DNA of 64,000 bases, from positions 45,955 to 109,954 of the forward strand of contig CAISGE010000002.1 of the NCBI GenBank assembly GCA_903884815.1, written 5' to 3'. The DNA comes from Candidatus Omnitrophota bacterium (GTDB lineage Bacteria > Omnitrophota > Omnitrophia > Omnitrophales > Aquincolibacteriaceae). The notes under the pieces were generated by a model, which saw only the letters and a program-made list of their open reading frames with translations, had not been told where the DNA came from and made no database searches. Shown here in pieces: positions 29,602 through 39,022 of the stretch (position 1 is the stretch's first letter; each line of letters starts with the position of its first letter). A program made the position numbers and the translations under genes.

Positions 29602-30080
29602 AAAAGTGTCCGATGTGCGCGGAAAAAATTCAAGACGAAGCGATTTTGTGCCGCTTCTGCGGAAAATCGACGGATCCGACTCGCCCCAAGATGGGCGCTC
29701 AGAAATGGTTGTGGGCTTTAGCCCTGCTGCTCTTAGCAACCTCGGGCCTTTATATAATTGGCTTGCAACAGTCAACTTCGGCAAAATCGCGAAATGTTTC
29801 GAACGAAGCAAAGGGGCGCCCCTCTCCGCGAGCGTACTCGACGGAGAATACCTCGGGCTACAGTGTGTTTAGCGTGGACCGTAAGTTTAATTTTGTGGTG
29901 GCTAAAATCGGGCTACAGGATGGGATCAAGAAAGGGGACTTGTTGAAAGTCTTCAAGGGTGGCAAAGAGATTGCCACGATCAAGGTCGAAAAACTTTATG
30001 ATGCATTCTCCGCTAGCGGGATTCTCAGGGAGGACTTGTCGCAACGCATAGAGGAAGGTGATGAAGTACGAAAGCTGTAA
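29598..30080 (+). CDS. Zinc-ribbon membrane protein with a C-terminal beta-barrel (FlgT-C-like) domain
   Basis: [22 protein letters not shown], one TM, VD.K.NFVV..IG..DG.K.GD...I..GD.V. Confidence 0.7.
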   Translation: [160 protein letters not shown]

Positions 30081-30404
30081 ATGGAAAGGATTGAACGGAT
30101 GAGTCATGAAACGAAGAACCTTAAGGTGCTGCTTCTCGTGGCTGCGCTGATGATGTGCGTTGCGGTGATTCCGAATCTGCCGCAGGTTTTCTTCACGCTC
30201 CTGCGATGGGTCGTTTGCGGCGCGGCGGCCTACGCGGCTTATAGGCTAAGGCTGAATCCGAAACTTAGCCGTCACTTCGTCCCGCTCGTAATCGTGGCAG
30301 CGCTCTTTAATCCCTTGGTGCCGGCGCCTCTGACGCTGCTCCTCTGGCTCCTGCTCGATCTCGCTGGCGCCGTTTATTTCCTGCAGCTATCCAAGAAACT
30401 TTAA
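30081..30404 (+). CDS. Small membrane protein (DUF6804-like)
   Basis: LP..FFTLLRWVVC and ALFNPLVP..L....W...D motifs. Confidence 0.65.
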   Translation: MERIERMSHETKNLKVLLLVAALMMCVAVIPNLPQVFFTLLRWVVCGAAAYAAYRLRLNPKLSRHFVPLVIVAALFNPLVPAPLTLLLWLLLDLAGAVYFLQLSKKL

Positions 30405-30411
30405 TGCTCGG

Positions 30412-31497
30412 TCAGACGGTTCTGCGAAGGATAGGGATTCGCTGGATCAGGAGCACTGCGAGGAGCGATAGAAAGTAAACAGTCGACGCAACGAAGGGGA
30501 TGATAAAAGCCGGATGCCAGATGTTCGACCGGAGGGTGAAACCCCAACGCCCGTGATTCAGAACGTCGATGAACGTGGGGTGTATCAAATAGATCCCGAA
30601 ACTTGCTCCCGCCACCAGGCCCGTCATGCGGCGCCACCTACCGGTTACCTTTTTCCCCATCATTGGGGAGGCCTGCTTCAGCAAGATGAAAAAAGCGGCG
30701 GCGAAAAATAAGTGGTTGGGCGCCATGTTGTCATAGAAAATCGTCGAGAAGGAGTGGATGCGGGCGCAAGCCCAGGCCGTTCCGAAGAAACACACGAGAA
30801 GGCTGAGCCCCCATACAAGCCAGGCCGTCGGAACAGTCTTTTCTGAAGCGTATTTCCGGAGAAAATAGCCCAACACGAAATATCCGACGAAGCCTTGCAC
30901 CGGTTCGATCACCAGCTTGATATGGAACGGGTGGCCGACGAGCCCCGCCAGGCTTTCCACAAACGGTAGAAGGAAGCTGACCAAGAAACAAAGCCCGAGA
31001 AAATAGCCCAGGTCCTTCTTTGAGGCGTTTGCGACAAGGACGCGTAGCCACGGGGTGATCAGATAAAGTCCGATTAGCACATACATGAACCAGAGATGGA
31101 AATACACACGGTCGGTCGCAAAGCGCCTGAGCATTTCCGCAGGGCCGAGGGTGGGTTCATAAAAATGACGCCGCCACAGGAGATAAAAAAGGCTCCAGGC
31201 GAGGAAGGGAATAAGTACCCGGCCGAAGCGCTTGCGGAAAAAGGCACGGTAGCTTTCGGCCTGCGGAAGCAGCAGAGCTCCGCTCAACATAATGAAGATT
31301 GCGACGGGGCCTCGGGCGAGGGAATCATAAAAATTAGCCGCCCCCCACCAACTATTTGGAAGCGTACCCCATTCGGTAATGACGTCGGCGGCGACATGGA
31401 TCACGACCACACTCCACATCGCGATCACGCGTGCTACGTCGACCCAAAGAAGGTCCTCTGGCGGCGCCTTTGTTGTTGACGGGTTTGTTTGAGGCAT
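30412..31497 (-). CDS. Acyltransferase-3 family (surface polysaccharide O-acyltransferase)
   Basis: D..RVIA...VVVIH, FIMLSGALL, YFHLWFMYVLIGLY, SFGIYLIH. Confidence 0.92.
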   Translation of the reverse strand: MPQTNPSTTKAPPEDLLWVDVARVIAMWSVVVIHVAADVITEWGTLPNSWWGAANFYDSLARGPVAIFIMLSGALLLPQAESYRAFFRKRFGRVLIPFLAWSLFYLLWRRHFYEPTLGPAEMLRRFATDRVYFHLWFMYVLIGLYLITPWLRVLVANASKKDLGYFLGLCFLVSFLLPFVESLAGLVGHPFHIKLVIEPVQGFVGYFVLGYFLRKYASEKTVPTAWLVWGLSLLVCFFGTAWACARIHSFSTIFYDNMAPNHLFFAAAFFILLKQASPMMGKKVTGRWRRMTGLVAGASFGIYLIHPTFIDVLNHGRWGFTLRSNIWHPAFIIPFVASTVYFLSLLAVLLIQRIPILRRTV

Positions 31498-31647
31498 GCC
31501 TCTTTTATCGGCAAGTGATGGAAATAACAAAGCTTTTGGATACGGCGCCTTAGACGGTCCCAATCCTTATCATCCCGCCGCCACAAAGGCGGGATGGAGC
31601 CGTCCAAACTGCTTTTTTGGAAAAGAAATAGAAAGTTTGAACGGAGG

Positions 31648-31677
31648 TTGATTGAAGAATAGCAAGCCGTCTATAAT
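31648..31677 (+). promoter_or_regulatory. Probable sigma70 promoter for bioA-bioD
   Basis: TTGATT (31648-31653), 18 bp spacer, TATAAT (31672-31677). Confidence 0.5.
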
Positions 31678-31714
31678 TGACACCCATTAACGCGATAATG
31701 CTAAGGAACAAGGA

Positions 31715-33070
31715 ATGGAAAAGATGAAAACGGATGAGTTGATCGCGAAAGACCGGAAACACATCTGGCACCCGTTTACGCAGATGAAGGATTGGCAGGT
31801 CGATGACTTTCCGGTGATCGAGCGTGGCCAAGGGTGTTATTTGGTCGATACCGAGGGCCGCAGGTATCTCGACGGCGTGTCGTCCCTTTGGTGCAATGTG
31901 TTCGGGCACCGGGTCCCTGAGATCGATAAGGCGATCAAAAAGCAGCTCGGAAAGATCGCGCACACGACATTTCTTGGCCTCACGCATCCCACGTCGATCG
32001 AACTCGCAGGAAAACTGATCCGAGTCGCACCGAAAGGCCTCTCTCGTGTGTTTTATTCAGACTCCGGTTCTGAGGCGATGGAGATCGCGCTCAAGATGGC
32101 TTATCAGTACTGGCAGCAGCGCGGCGAGACGAAAAAGAAAAAGTTCGCAAAACTGACGAACGCTTACCACGGCGACACGATTGGATCGGTAAGTCTCGGA
32201 GGCATCGACCTTTTCCATCAGATCTATAAGCCGCTTCTCTTCGAGACGCTCGCGGTGCCGTCACCTTATCGCTATCGTTGGTCTTCCGGTGACGATCCGG
32301 AGCGAGTCAAAAAAGAATCACTCGAGGCGATGGAGAAAGCGTTGCGTGAGAATGCCGGCGAGCTTGCGGCGTTCGTGATGGAACCCCTCATGCAGGGCGC
32401 CGCCGGGATGATCGATCAGCCGAAGGGATATATTTCCCGTGCCAGAGAGCTGGCACGAAAGTATAATACGCTCCTAATTTTTGATGAAGTAGCGACCGGA
32501 TTCGGGCGGACGGGCAAGATGTTTGCCTCGGAGCATGAAGGTGTGACGCCGGACATTATGGCGGTGGCCAAAGGCATTACGGGAGGTTATCTTCCTCTTG
32601 CCGCAACCCTTGCGACAGAAGAGGTTTACGAGGCGTTTCTGGGGAAATACGAGGATTTCAAGGCTTTCTACCACGGCCACACGTACACGGCGAATCCGCT
32701 GGCGTGCGCGGCTGCGATTGCAACGCTTGATCTTTTTAAGAAGGACCGGACGATCGAAAAGCTTCAGCCGAAGATCCGGATGATGCAAAATCGCCTAAAA
32801 GATTTTTATAAACTCAAGGCGGTCGGTGATATCCGGCAGGTCGGCACCATGATTGGGATCGAGTTGGTCCTGAACAAAGCGACGAAAGAAAGTTTTAGAC
32901 CGCAAGAAAAGATCGGCGTTCGCGTGATCGAGAGCGCTCGTAAAAAAGGCGCGATTCTGCGGCCCTTGGGTCCCGTGATCGTTCTGATGCCGCCGCTTGC
33001 GATGACGGCGCGCGAGTTGGACAAGCTGTTCGATATTACGTATTCATCTATTGAGGAAACAACAGAATGA
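31715..33070 (+). CDS. bioA: Adenosylmethionine-8-amino-7-oxononanoate transaminase
   Basis: IWHPFTQM, DGVSSLWCN, YHGDT.G, DEVATGFGRTG, AKGITGGYLP, HGHTYTANP. Confidence 0.97.
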   Translation: MEKMKTDELIAKDRKHIWHPFTQMKDWQVDDFPVIERGQGCYLVDTEGRRYLDGVSSLWCNVFGHRVPEIDKAIKKQLGKIAHTTFLGLTHPTSIELAGKLIRVAPKGLSRVFYSDSGSEAMEIALKMAYQYWQQRGETKKKKFAKLTNAYHGDTIGSVSLGGIDLFHQIYKPLLFETLAVPSPYRYRWSSGDDPERVKKESLEAMEKALRENAGELAAFVMEPLMQGAAGMIDQPKGYISRARELARKYNTLLIFDEVATGFGRTGKMFASEHEGVTPDIMAVAKGITGGYLPLAATLATEEVYEAFLGKYEDFKAFYHGHTYTANPLACAAAIATLDLFKKDRTIEKLQPKIRMMQNRLKDFYKLKAVGDIRQVGTMIGIELVLNKATKESFRPQEKIGVRVIESARKKGAILRPLGPVIVLMPPLAMTARELDKLFDITYSSIEETTE

Positions 33071-33834
33071 AAGCTGGAATATTCATCACAGGAACGGACA
33101 CGGACGCGGGAAAAACCGTGGTCTCCGCGGGGTTGGCGCTGGTTCTCCGGGATCGCGGAATGAAAGTCGGCGTGATGAAGCCTGTCGCGACCGGCTGCTA
33201 CGGTGCGGATGAGCGGCTGATCTCGCAGGACGCGGCCTTTCTAATGGAAGCCGCGCAAAACGAATACCCGCCGCTGACGAGCCCTTCGCGTTACCGCAAC
33301 CCTCTTTCGCCCAATGTTGCGGCGATGCTCGAGAAAAGAGAAGTCGATGTTCCCGCCATTCTTAAAAGCTACCAGCAACTTCAAAAACATTATGATTTTA
33401 TGATCGTCGAGGGGATCGGCGGCCTGATGGTCCCTCTGAAAAAAGATTATTACGTGGCAAATTTGATCCGCGACATGGGGCTCCCTATTGTCATCGTGAC
33501 TTACGCGGGCCTCGGCGCGATCAATCATACGTTACTCACAGTCGATGCGGCCATGATCCGGGGAATCGAGGTCCGGGGGATCATTTTCAACCGTGTCTCC
33601 GTGACGAATTATTCTCTGGCCGAGCTTACCAATCCGAAAGTTATACACGATCTTTCCGGCGTTCCCGTTCTCGGCAGCCTTCCCGATATCCAGGGTCTTA
33701 ATCTAGAAAACTGCCAGTTTGGAAAACTCAAGGACATCTTTCGGGAACGCATCCAGATCGATAAGATAGTCGGTCCCAACACCTATCAACCGGAGCAAAG
33801 CGGAGGTTGGGGTCGTCCAAGCCACCCTTCATGA
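33067..33834 (+). CDS. bioD: Dethiobiotin synthase
   Basis: FITGTDTDAGKT, MKPVATG, VEGIGG, LGAINHTLL. Confidence 0.97.
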   Translation: MKAGIFITGTDTDAGKTVVSAGLALVLRDRGMKVGVMKPVATGCYGADERLISQDAAFLMEAAQNEYPPLTSPSRYRNPLSPNVAAMLEKREVDVPAILKSYQQLQKHYDFMIVEGIGGLMVPLKKDYYVANLIRDMGLPIVIVTYAGLGAINHTLLTVDAAMIRGIEVRGIIFNRVSVTNYSLAELTNPKVIHDLSGVPVLGSLPDIQGLNLENCQFGKLKDIFRERIQIDKIVGPNTYQPEQSGGWGRPSHPS

Positions 33835-33904
33835 AAAGAAAAAAGGACTTGGACGGAGGTTTCGCCGGCGTCCCCCCTGCAAAGTAGTACGAAAGGAAAG
33901 TCCC

Positions 33905-35197
33905 TTGTCTTTAAAGCTTCCACTCGGTATTCGTCTCGAGAGAAAAAAAGATGCCAGCCTTCTGAACTGGAACCTCAAGCGTCCTTACCCGCCTGAAAAG
34001 ATCCGCGTGCCCGTGCCTTTCAATGCAGAGCCCTGCGTTCGTATCGGAGACAAGGTGGTGACGGGACAAAAGATCGCGGAAGCGAATGGGACGGAAGGCG
34101 TCAGCGTTCACGCAGGCATGTGTGGGACTGTGGAAAAGGTCGCGGAATATCCGGATCCGACGGGGAAGCAAAGCTTGATGATCGAGATCCGTAGATACGG
34201 CGAGCCCAAGCCCAGTGCGCCTTGGGATCTTCGGAAAGATTGGGAGCAGATCCCCGCGGAGCAACTTGCCGGGATATTCCGGAATGCCGGACTGGTGACG
34301 ACGGGTCCGCGAAGCGAGCCGGTGCATGTGAAGCTCGCCCGTCACGCCGCAGCGCGAACGCTCGTGATCAATATCTGCGCACCCGAACCTTATATCACCT
34401 GCGAGCTGGTGCTCGCAATGTCCCATCCCGTGGAGATCCTGAGAGGCGCCGAACTTTTACGAAAAGCCTGCCATGCCGAGAAAGTTGTGTTTGCGTTGGA
34501 AGATTCGAACCGGGAAACGGCCGAGCTCATCAAGAGCAAGATCTACTTTCTTAAGTGGACACACGCGGAAGTGCGGACGGTCCCCGCCATTTACCCCCAG
34601 GGACTTGAAAACACACTGCTCCAGGCCTGGTTTTCCGGAGAAGAAGACCAGGCTTTGGTTTTTCCCGCGTCCACCGCCTTCGCGGTCTACGAAGCGGTTG
34701 CGCTCGGGAAGCCTTTTTATGAGAGGGTGGTGACGGTGGGCGGCGAGTGCGTGGTCGAGCCGCGCAGTCTCTGGCTCCCTCTGGGTATCTCCTTTCACGA
34801 CGCGATCCGCACGTGCAAAGGCGTGATGCGCGAACCCCGCAAGGTTTTGATGGGGGGTCCCCTGGCAGGGACTGCGCAAGCCAGCCAGGAAGTGCCTTTG
34901 ATGGCTTCCACGAATGCCGTTCTGGCGCTTCCTCAGGAGATCGTCACGGAAGCGGAGCGGTCTGCCGAACCCTGTATCCGCTGCAATCTTTGTGTGGACC
35001 ATTGCCCGGCCGCCCTTTCGCCCGCGATGATCACTCTGGCGGCGGAAGCGAAAGAGTTCGCCATTGCCCGTGAATGGGATGCTGCGGAGTGTTTTGAATG
35101 CGGTATCTGCGCGTATGTGTGCCCCTCGAAGCGGCCGATGCTTGAACTGATACGCGCCGCGAATCACCCGGCGGAAAAGAAGGTGGCTCATGTCTGA
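33905..35197 (+). CDS. RnfC/RsxC-like protein with degenerate flavin/NADH motifs
   Basis: GDKV..GQKIA...VHA..GTV, YPQGLE, ERVVTVGG, MGGPL.G; two ferredoxin motifs CIRCNLCVDHCP and CFECGICAYVCPS. Confidence 0.85.
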   Translation: MSLKLPLGIRLERKKDASLLNWNLKRPYPPEKIRVPVPFNAEPCVRIGDKVVTGQKIAEANGTEGVSVHAGMCGTVEKVAEYPDPTGKQSLMIEIRRYGEPKPSAPWDLRKDWEQIPAEQLAGIFRNAGLVTTGPRSEPVHVKLARHAAARTLVINICAPEPYITCELVLAMSHPVEILRGAELLRKACHAEKVVFALEDSNRETAELIKSKIYFLKWTHAEVRTVPAIYPQGLENTLLQAWFSGEEDQALVFPASTAFAVYEAVALGKPFYERVVTVGGECVVEPRSLWLPLGISFHDAIRTCKGVMREPRKVLMGGPLAGTAQASQEVPLMASTNAVLALPQEIVTEAERSAEPCIRCNLCVDHCPAALSPAMITLAAEAKEFAIAREWDAAECFECGICAYVCPSKRPMLELIRAANHPAEKKVAHV

Positions 35198-36044
35198 AGA
35201 GAAGCCTTCCTTTGCGCAAAGTCTTCCGCCGCATATTCGCTCCACGGATTCTCTCACGAAGCGGTCCTGGGGACGAACCCTCGCGCTGCTTCCGCTTTTG
35301 CTCGCAGCCTGCTTGACTGGACACGCTCAGATCTTACGCGTGCTTTTGCTCTGTCTGGTGAGCGCGGTCGCGTTCGAATTCCTGGCGAAGAAACTTTTAA
35401 GAAAAAAAGAGGAGCTGCGGAACGGCGAAACGGTGCTGGTCGCGGTCCTTTTCTCGCTCCTGATGCCCTCACGTTGTCCCTCGGAGCTGGTGATCCTGGG
35501 CGTTTTTTTAGCGGTCGTCATGGGTAAAGAACTTTTCGGCGGAACTGGGGGGTATCCTTTGCCACCGGCCTTGATGGCCCGCGCGATACTCCAACTCAGT
35601 TTTCCGAAAGTGATGGCTGAGCCGATGCTTTTGGCGGGGGATGTCAGTCCCTGGTTGGTCGTGGCGATAGGGCTTGGCGGGATCCTTCTCCTGCGACAAA
35701 AAAAAAGTTATTGGGAGACTCCCGTTCTTTTTACGGCTGTTTGTTTTATCTGCGGTGATCTCTGGGGCGGAGCTGAGGTGCCCACTGCTTTTTTGAGCGG
35801 CGTTCTCTTTACGGCTTTTTTTCTCCTCGCGGATCCCGTGACACTGCCGCTGACGCGAAAAGGGAGCGCATTGTTTGTCTTGGGAGCCGCGATATTAAGC
35901 TCGACCCTTGATCCCCATGGGTTTTCGATCGGCGCGGTTGTCTTCGCCGTTCTTTGGATGAGCCTTTTGACGCCCTGGCTGGATGTTTGGCTCAAGCCGG
36001 TTCCGTTTATATTCAAACGTTTGATCAAGGCGACTTACCCGTGA
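35190..36044 (+). CDS. RnfD/RsxD-like membrane protein, shortened
   Basis: PHIRS, GKELFGGTG, ADPVTLPLTRKG, TPWLD; lacks the FMN-Thr (D..[ST]GATPL) loop. Confidence 0.82.
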   Translation: MSEEKPSFAQSLPPHIRSTDSLTKRSWGRTLALLPLLLAACLTGHAQILRVLLLCLVSAVAFEFLAKKLLRKKEELRNGETVLVAVLFSLLMPSRCPSELVILGVFLAVVMGKELFGGTGGYPLPPALMARAILQLSFPKVMAEPMLLAGDVSPWLVVAIGLGGILLLRQKKSYWETPVLFTAVCFICGDLWGGAEVPTAFLSGVLFTAFFLLADPVTLPLTRKGSALFVLGAAILSSTLDPHGFSIGAVVFAVLWMSLLTPWLDVWLKPVPFIFKRLIKATYP

Positions 36045-36151
36045 TGAACATCAGAAAGATTCTTTCTACTTTGGGACAGTATCTGTTCCTCGCGCTTTTT
36101 CTCGGGTTGCTGGTCGCGATTCTTTACGTGGCCAAGATTTTGAGAGGATGA
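36044..36151 (+). CDS. 35-aa single-TM protein at the rnfG position
   Basis: MNIRKILSTLGQYLFLALFLGLLVAILYVAKILRG; TGATG coupling to the rnfD-like gene. Confidence 0.55.
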   Translation: MNIRKILSTLGQYLFLALFLGLLVAILYVAKILRG

Positions 36152-36173
36152 AGATGATGACTTTGGGGCAAAA

Positions 36174-36701
36174 ATGAAGTTGCCGGAAAACCTTTTCTCG
36201 CGGCTGCTATTGGCTTACCTTCCGTTCATGGTTTATCCGTACGGTCTTTTTAAAACGGGTGTCGCGGCACTCTGGGTCGCGATGTTCCTCTGGATCACCG
36301 TTTCTTTTTTCTGGCTGACCCGAAGTTTTTTTCCGGGGCGCTCGCTCAAGCACGCTTTTTTTCTTTGGCTAGTCGTATGGGCACAGGCCGTCTGGACGCT
36401 CACCAAACTCCCCCCGCTCTGGATCTTAAGTGTTTTCTTTTTGATGCCGGTCTCGTTTCTCGAAAGCGCGGTGAGGCCCGAACGCGTCAGCGTCTTTTCC
36501 TGGAAAGTGCCGCGGTATTTTTTTGAGCGAGCACTGGCCGGTGTCGGGTTTGTGATCTTTGTGGTGGCGATGGCCCTGGTCCGGGAGGCCTGTGAAAAAG
36601 GGCTCGGGATCAAGCTCTTCGAGCAGCCTGCGGGACTTTTGTTTGTAATCGCAGCCATCGCTTTTTTGTGGAAAAACCAACCTTTCCGAAGGCGGGCCTA
36701 A
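36174..36701 (+). CDS. Highly diverged RnfE-like membrane protein
   Basis: GVGF.......VRE....G...QPAGLL resembles the RnfE GLGF...VRE.LG...PPGAF C-terminal half; position in the operon. Confidence 0.6.
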   Translation: MKLPENLFSRLLLAYLPFMVYPYGLFKTGVAALWVAMFLWITVSFFWLTRSFFPGRSLKHAFFLWLVVWAQAVWTLTKLPPLWILSVFFLMPVSFLESAVRPERVSVFSWKVPRYFFERALAGVGFVIFVVAMALVREACEKGLGIKLFEQPAGLLFVIAAIAFLWKNQPFRRRA

Positions 36702-37208
36702 ATGTATTTTCTGATCATTCCCTTGGGTTTTGTGTTGGCGTTGCGGGGGGGGCGTTCCGTGCCCTTGCAGCGGCCGGTCGAAGGTCTCACTCGGGTTTGG
36801 CGCGAAGCGGCGGATCTCTTTCTGACCACGAGTCTGATCCTGACCCTTGGGGTGGTGGTGCTCGCTTGGGAGCCATGTCGGGGAGTCGCGGGGGAATACA
36901 CGATCCTGGGTCTTGGAGTGGTGGCCTACGCGCTCGCACGCTATCAGAAAAAATCGGATGTTTTTTTCCTTGTCTCGATGCTGATCGCTTTCATGATCCA
37001 TTCCAGGCCAGTCGATCTGCTGTCCGGACTTTCTCTAGCGTGGGCCGTGAGCGTCGGGATCGCGATCTTTCAGACCTGCTTTCTCGGGCTACGCTACCGG
37101 CTTCTTTTTTCGAATGTTCCTGCGGCCGTAAAAGGATGGCCAATGTTTTGCCTCTTGGCGGGGTTCCTGTCGGTGGTCCTGTGGAGCGTCGGAAGACTGA
37201 TTTTCTAA
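36702..37208 (+). CDS. Highly diverged RnfA-like membrane protein
   Basis: FLGLRYRL..SNVPAAVKGWPM..LLAGFLS resembles the RnfA C-terminus GIRERL....VP..F.G.PI..I.AGLMS. Confidence 0.68.
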   Translation: MYFLIIPLGFVLALRGGRSVPLQRPVEGLTRVWREAADLFLTTSLILTLGVVVLAWEPCRGVAGEYTILGLGVVAYALARYQKKSDVFFLVSMLIAFMIHSRPVDLLSGLSLAWAVSVGIAIFQTCFLGLRYRLLFSNVPAAVKGWPMFCLLAGFLSVVLWSVGRLIF

Positions 37209-37283
37209 GGTTTTCTCCGGGGAAGTCGAAAATAACGGGAGGAAGCATTCCCGCAAACCGAATTTATCTTAAAGGAGCATGCC

Positions 37284-38366
37284 ATGGGTATCGAAGAGAT
37301 CTTGTTAGGCGCTATCGTGCAGGAAGCCTCGGACATTCATCTGACCGTGGGCCGGCCAGTGACCTATCGTTTGATCGGGGACCTTGTTTCGGTCGGGGAG
37401 AAAATGCTGACGCCGATGGACACGGAGGCCTTTGCCAAGGAGATCACGACAGAGGTTCAGCGAAAGAGGGTTGAAGAGGTCGGCGGCATAGACTTCGGTT
37501 TTTCATTCAAGGAAAAGGCCCGATTTCGCGTCTCTTGTTTTAAACAACAAGGGCATTATTCCCTGGTGTTGCGCCTTCTGCCCTCGAGGTTTTTCAGTTT
37601 CGAGGATATCGGACTGCCGCCCCAACTGGTGGAGACGATCAGCCTGCCCCGGGGTCTGGTGCTTGTGACGGGACCCACGGGATCCGGTAAAACCTCCACG
37701 CTTGCCACCATGCTCAATTTTATCAATGAGAACTTTCCGAGGCATATTATTACAGCCGAAGATCCGATCGAATTTGTTCACAAGCATAAAAAATCCATCG
37801 TGACCCAGCGCGAGGTGGGCGAGGATGTCCCGAGCTTTTCCGAGGCGATCGTGAAATCCCTGCGTCAGGATCCCGATGTGATCTTGATCGGAGAAATGCG
37901 CGACCTGGCGACCATGGAATCAGCCATCCGCGCGGCGGAAACCGGACATCTTGTTTTTTCCACACTTCACACGACGGGCGCCGCCCGGACCGTGGATCGC
38001 ATTATCGATGTTTTTCCCTCGCACCAGCAGGCCCAGGTTCGCGTCCAGCTTTCCGCTACCCTTGTGGCCGTAATCTCCCAGGTGCTTGTGCCGCGCCTCG
38101 ACGGAAAAGGACGTGTGGCGGCTTTTGAGATCATGTTCGCGACGCCGGCGGTGCGCAATCTTATTCGCGAAGGGAAGACCTATCAGATTCTCTCCGAGCT
38201 TCAAACGGGGGCGCGTTACGGCATGATCATGCTGGATGATAATCTGAAGCAGCTTTATGCCCAGGGGACCATCGGCTATGAGGCGGCACTTGAAGTGGCC
38301 GTGGACCCCCGTGAGCTTGCCCTGCAGCTTTCTAAGATCCAACCTCCTGGCAAAGGCAGACGATAA
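37284..38366 (+). CDS. pilT: Type IV pilus retraction ATPase PilT/PilU family
   Basis: ASDIHL, VTGPTGSGKTSTLA, EDPIEF, LRQDPDVILIGEMRD, ETGHLVFSTLHT, AVRNLIRE. Confidence 0.95.
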   Translation: MGIEEILLGAIVQEASDIHLTVGRPVTYRLIGDLVSVGEKMLTPMDTEAFAKEITTEVQRKRVEEVGGIDFGFSFKEKARFRVSCFKQQGHYSLVLRLLPSRFFSFEDIGLPPQLVETISLPRGLVLVTGPTGSGKTSTLATMLNFINENFPRHIITAEDPIEFVHKHKKSIVTQREVGEDVPSFSEAIVKSLRQDPDVILIGEMRDLATMESAIRAAETGHLVFSTLHTTGAARTVDRIIDVFPSHQQAQVRVQLSATLVAVISQVLVPRLDGKGRVAAFEIMFATPAVRNLIREGKTYQILSELQTGARYGMIMLDDNLKQLYAQGTIGYEAALEVAVDPRELALQLSKIQPPGKGRR

Positions 38367-38400
38367 CCGACCGAGAAGACATCCTTAGAAGACTTAAAAT

Positions 38401-38440
38401 AAAAACCCCCGCGCTCCTTAAAGAAGCACGGGGGTTTTTT
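38401..38440. terminator. Bidirectional intrinsic terminator
   Basis: AAAAACCCCCGCGCTCCTT-AAAGAAGCACGGGGGTTTTTT between convergent genes. Confidence 0.8.
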
Positions 38441-38461
38441 GTGAAGAATGGCGGCTCGGAT

Positions 38462-38806
38462 CTACTGGCGACGTGATTTTTTCGCTTTGGAAGCTTTTGC
38501 CGTAGTAGTCGTTTGTTTGACTTCCGGAGCGGGTGTCGCTGCAGGGGCCGTTGCCGCACCCTGAGGTGTTAGGGTGGGCATGACCTGGCTCAGACGAACT
38601 AAGGTGTCAAGTTTTGCCTGGCGTTCCGCGGGAGTTCCAGATCCCAGAAGACTATTAAGCGCTGTGACAGGATCCGCGCTTGAAGCCGGAGCTGGCGTGG
38701 CGGCAGGCTTTTTAACTTCCGTATTTGTTTCTGAGTTTCCCCAGTCATAACCGGAAAAAGCAAAAAGAACGACGATGGCGCAAGATAATGCGAGGATTTT
38801 TTTCAT
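38462..38806 (-). CDS. Small secreted Ala/Pro/Thr-rich hypothetical protein
   Basis: MKKILALSCAIVVLFAFSG signal-like N-terminus; GGGGG SD-like run; basic C-terminus. Confidence 0.7.
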   Translation of the reverse strand: MKKILALSCAIVVLFAFSGYDWGNSETNTEVKKPAATPAPASSADPVTALNSLLGSGTPAERQAKLDTLVRLSQVMPTLTPQGAATAPAATPAPEVKQTTTTAKASKAKKSRRQ

Positions 38807-39022
38807 GGGACCCCCTGGTTGAACATGTTTTTTTGACGCGTTATGCGGCAGGGGCGTATTATAAGACAAGCTTATTTCCAATGCAAGGGGTTGCGGAAAT
38901 CAAAAATATCGGGAATCCGGCGGCGAGAAAGGATAAAAGCTGCAAAGCCCTGCATTAATTCCCGGAATTGGTGTGGGGAAAGACGATAGACCGCTTTACC
39001 CCAAAAGCGAGCAAAATAAAGC

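Noticed and set aside
38910-38960. c-di-GMP-I riboswitch (GAAA...GCAAAGCC)
   Set aside because: It lacks the GGCAAAC/GGGACGC pairing and the P2/P3 stems.
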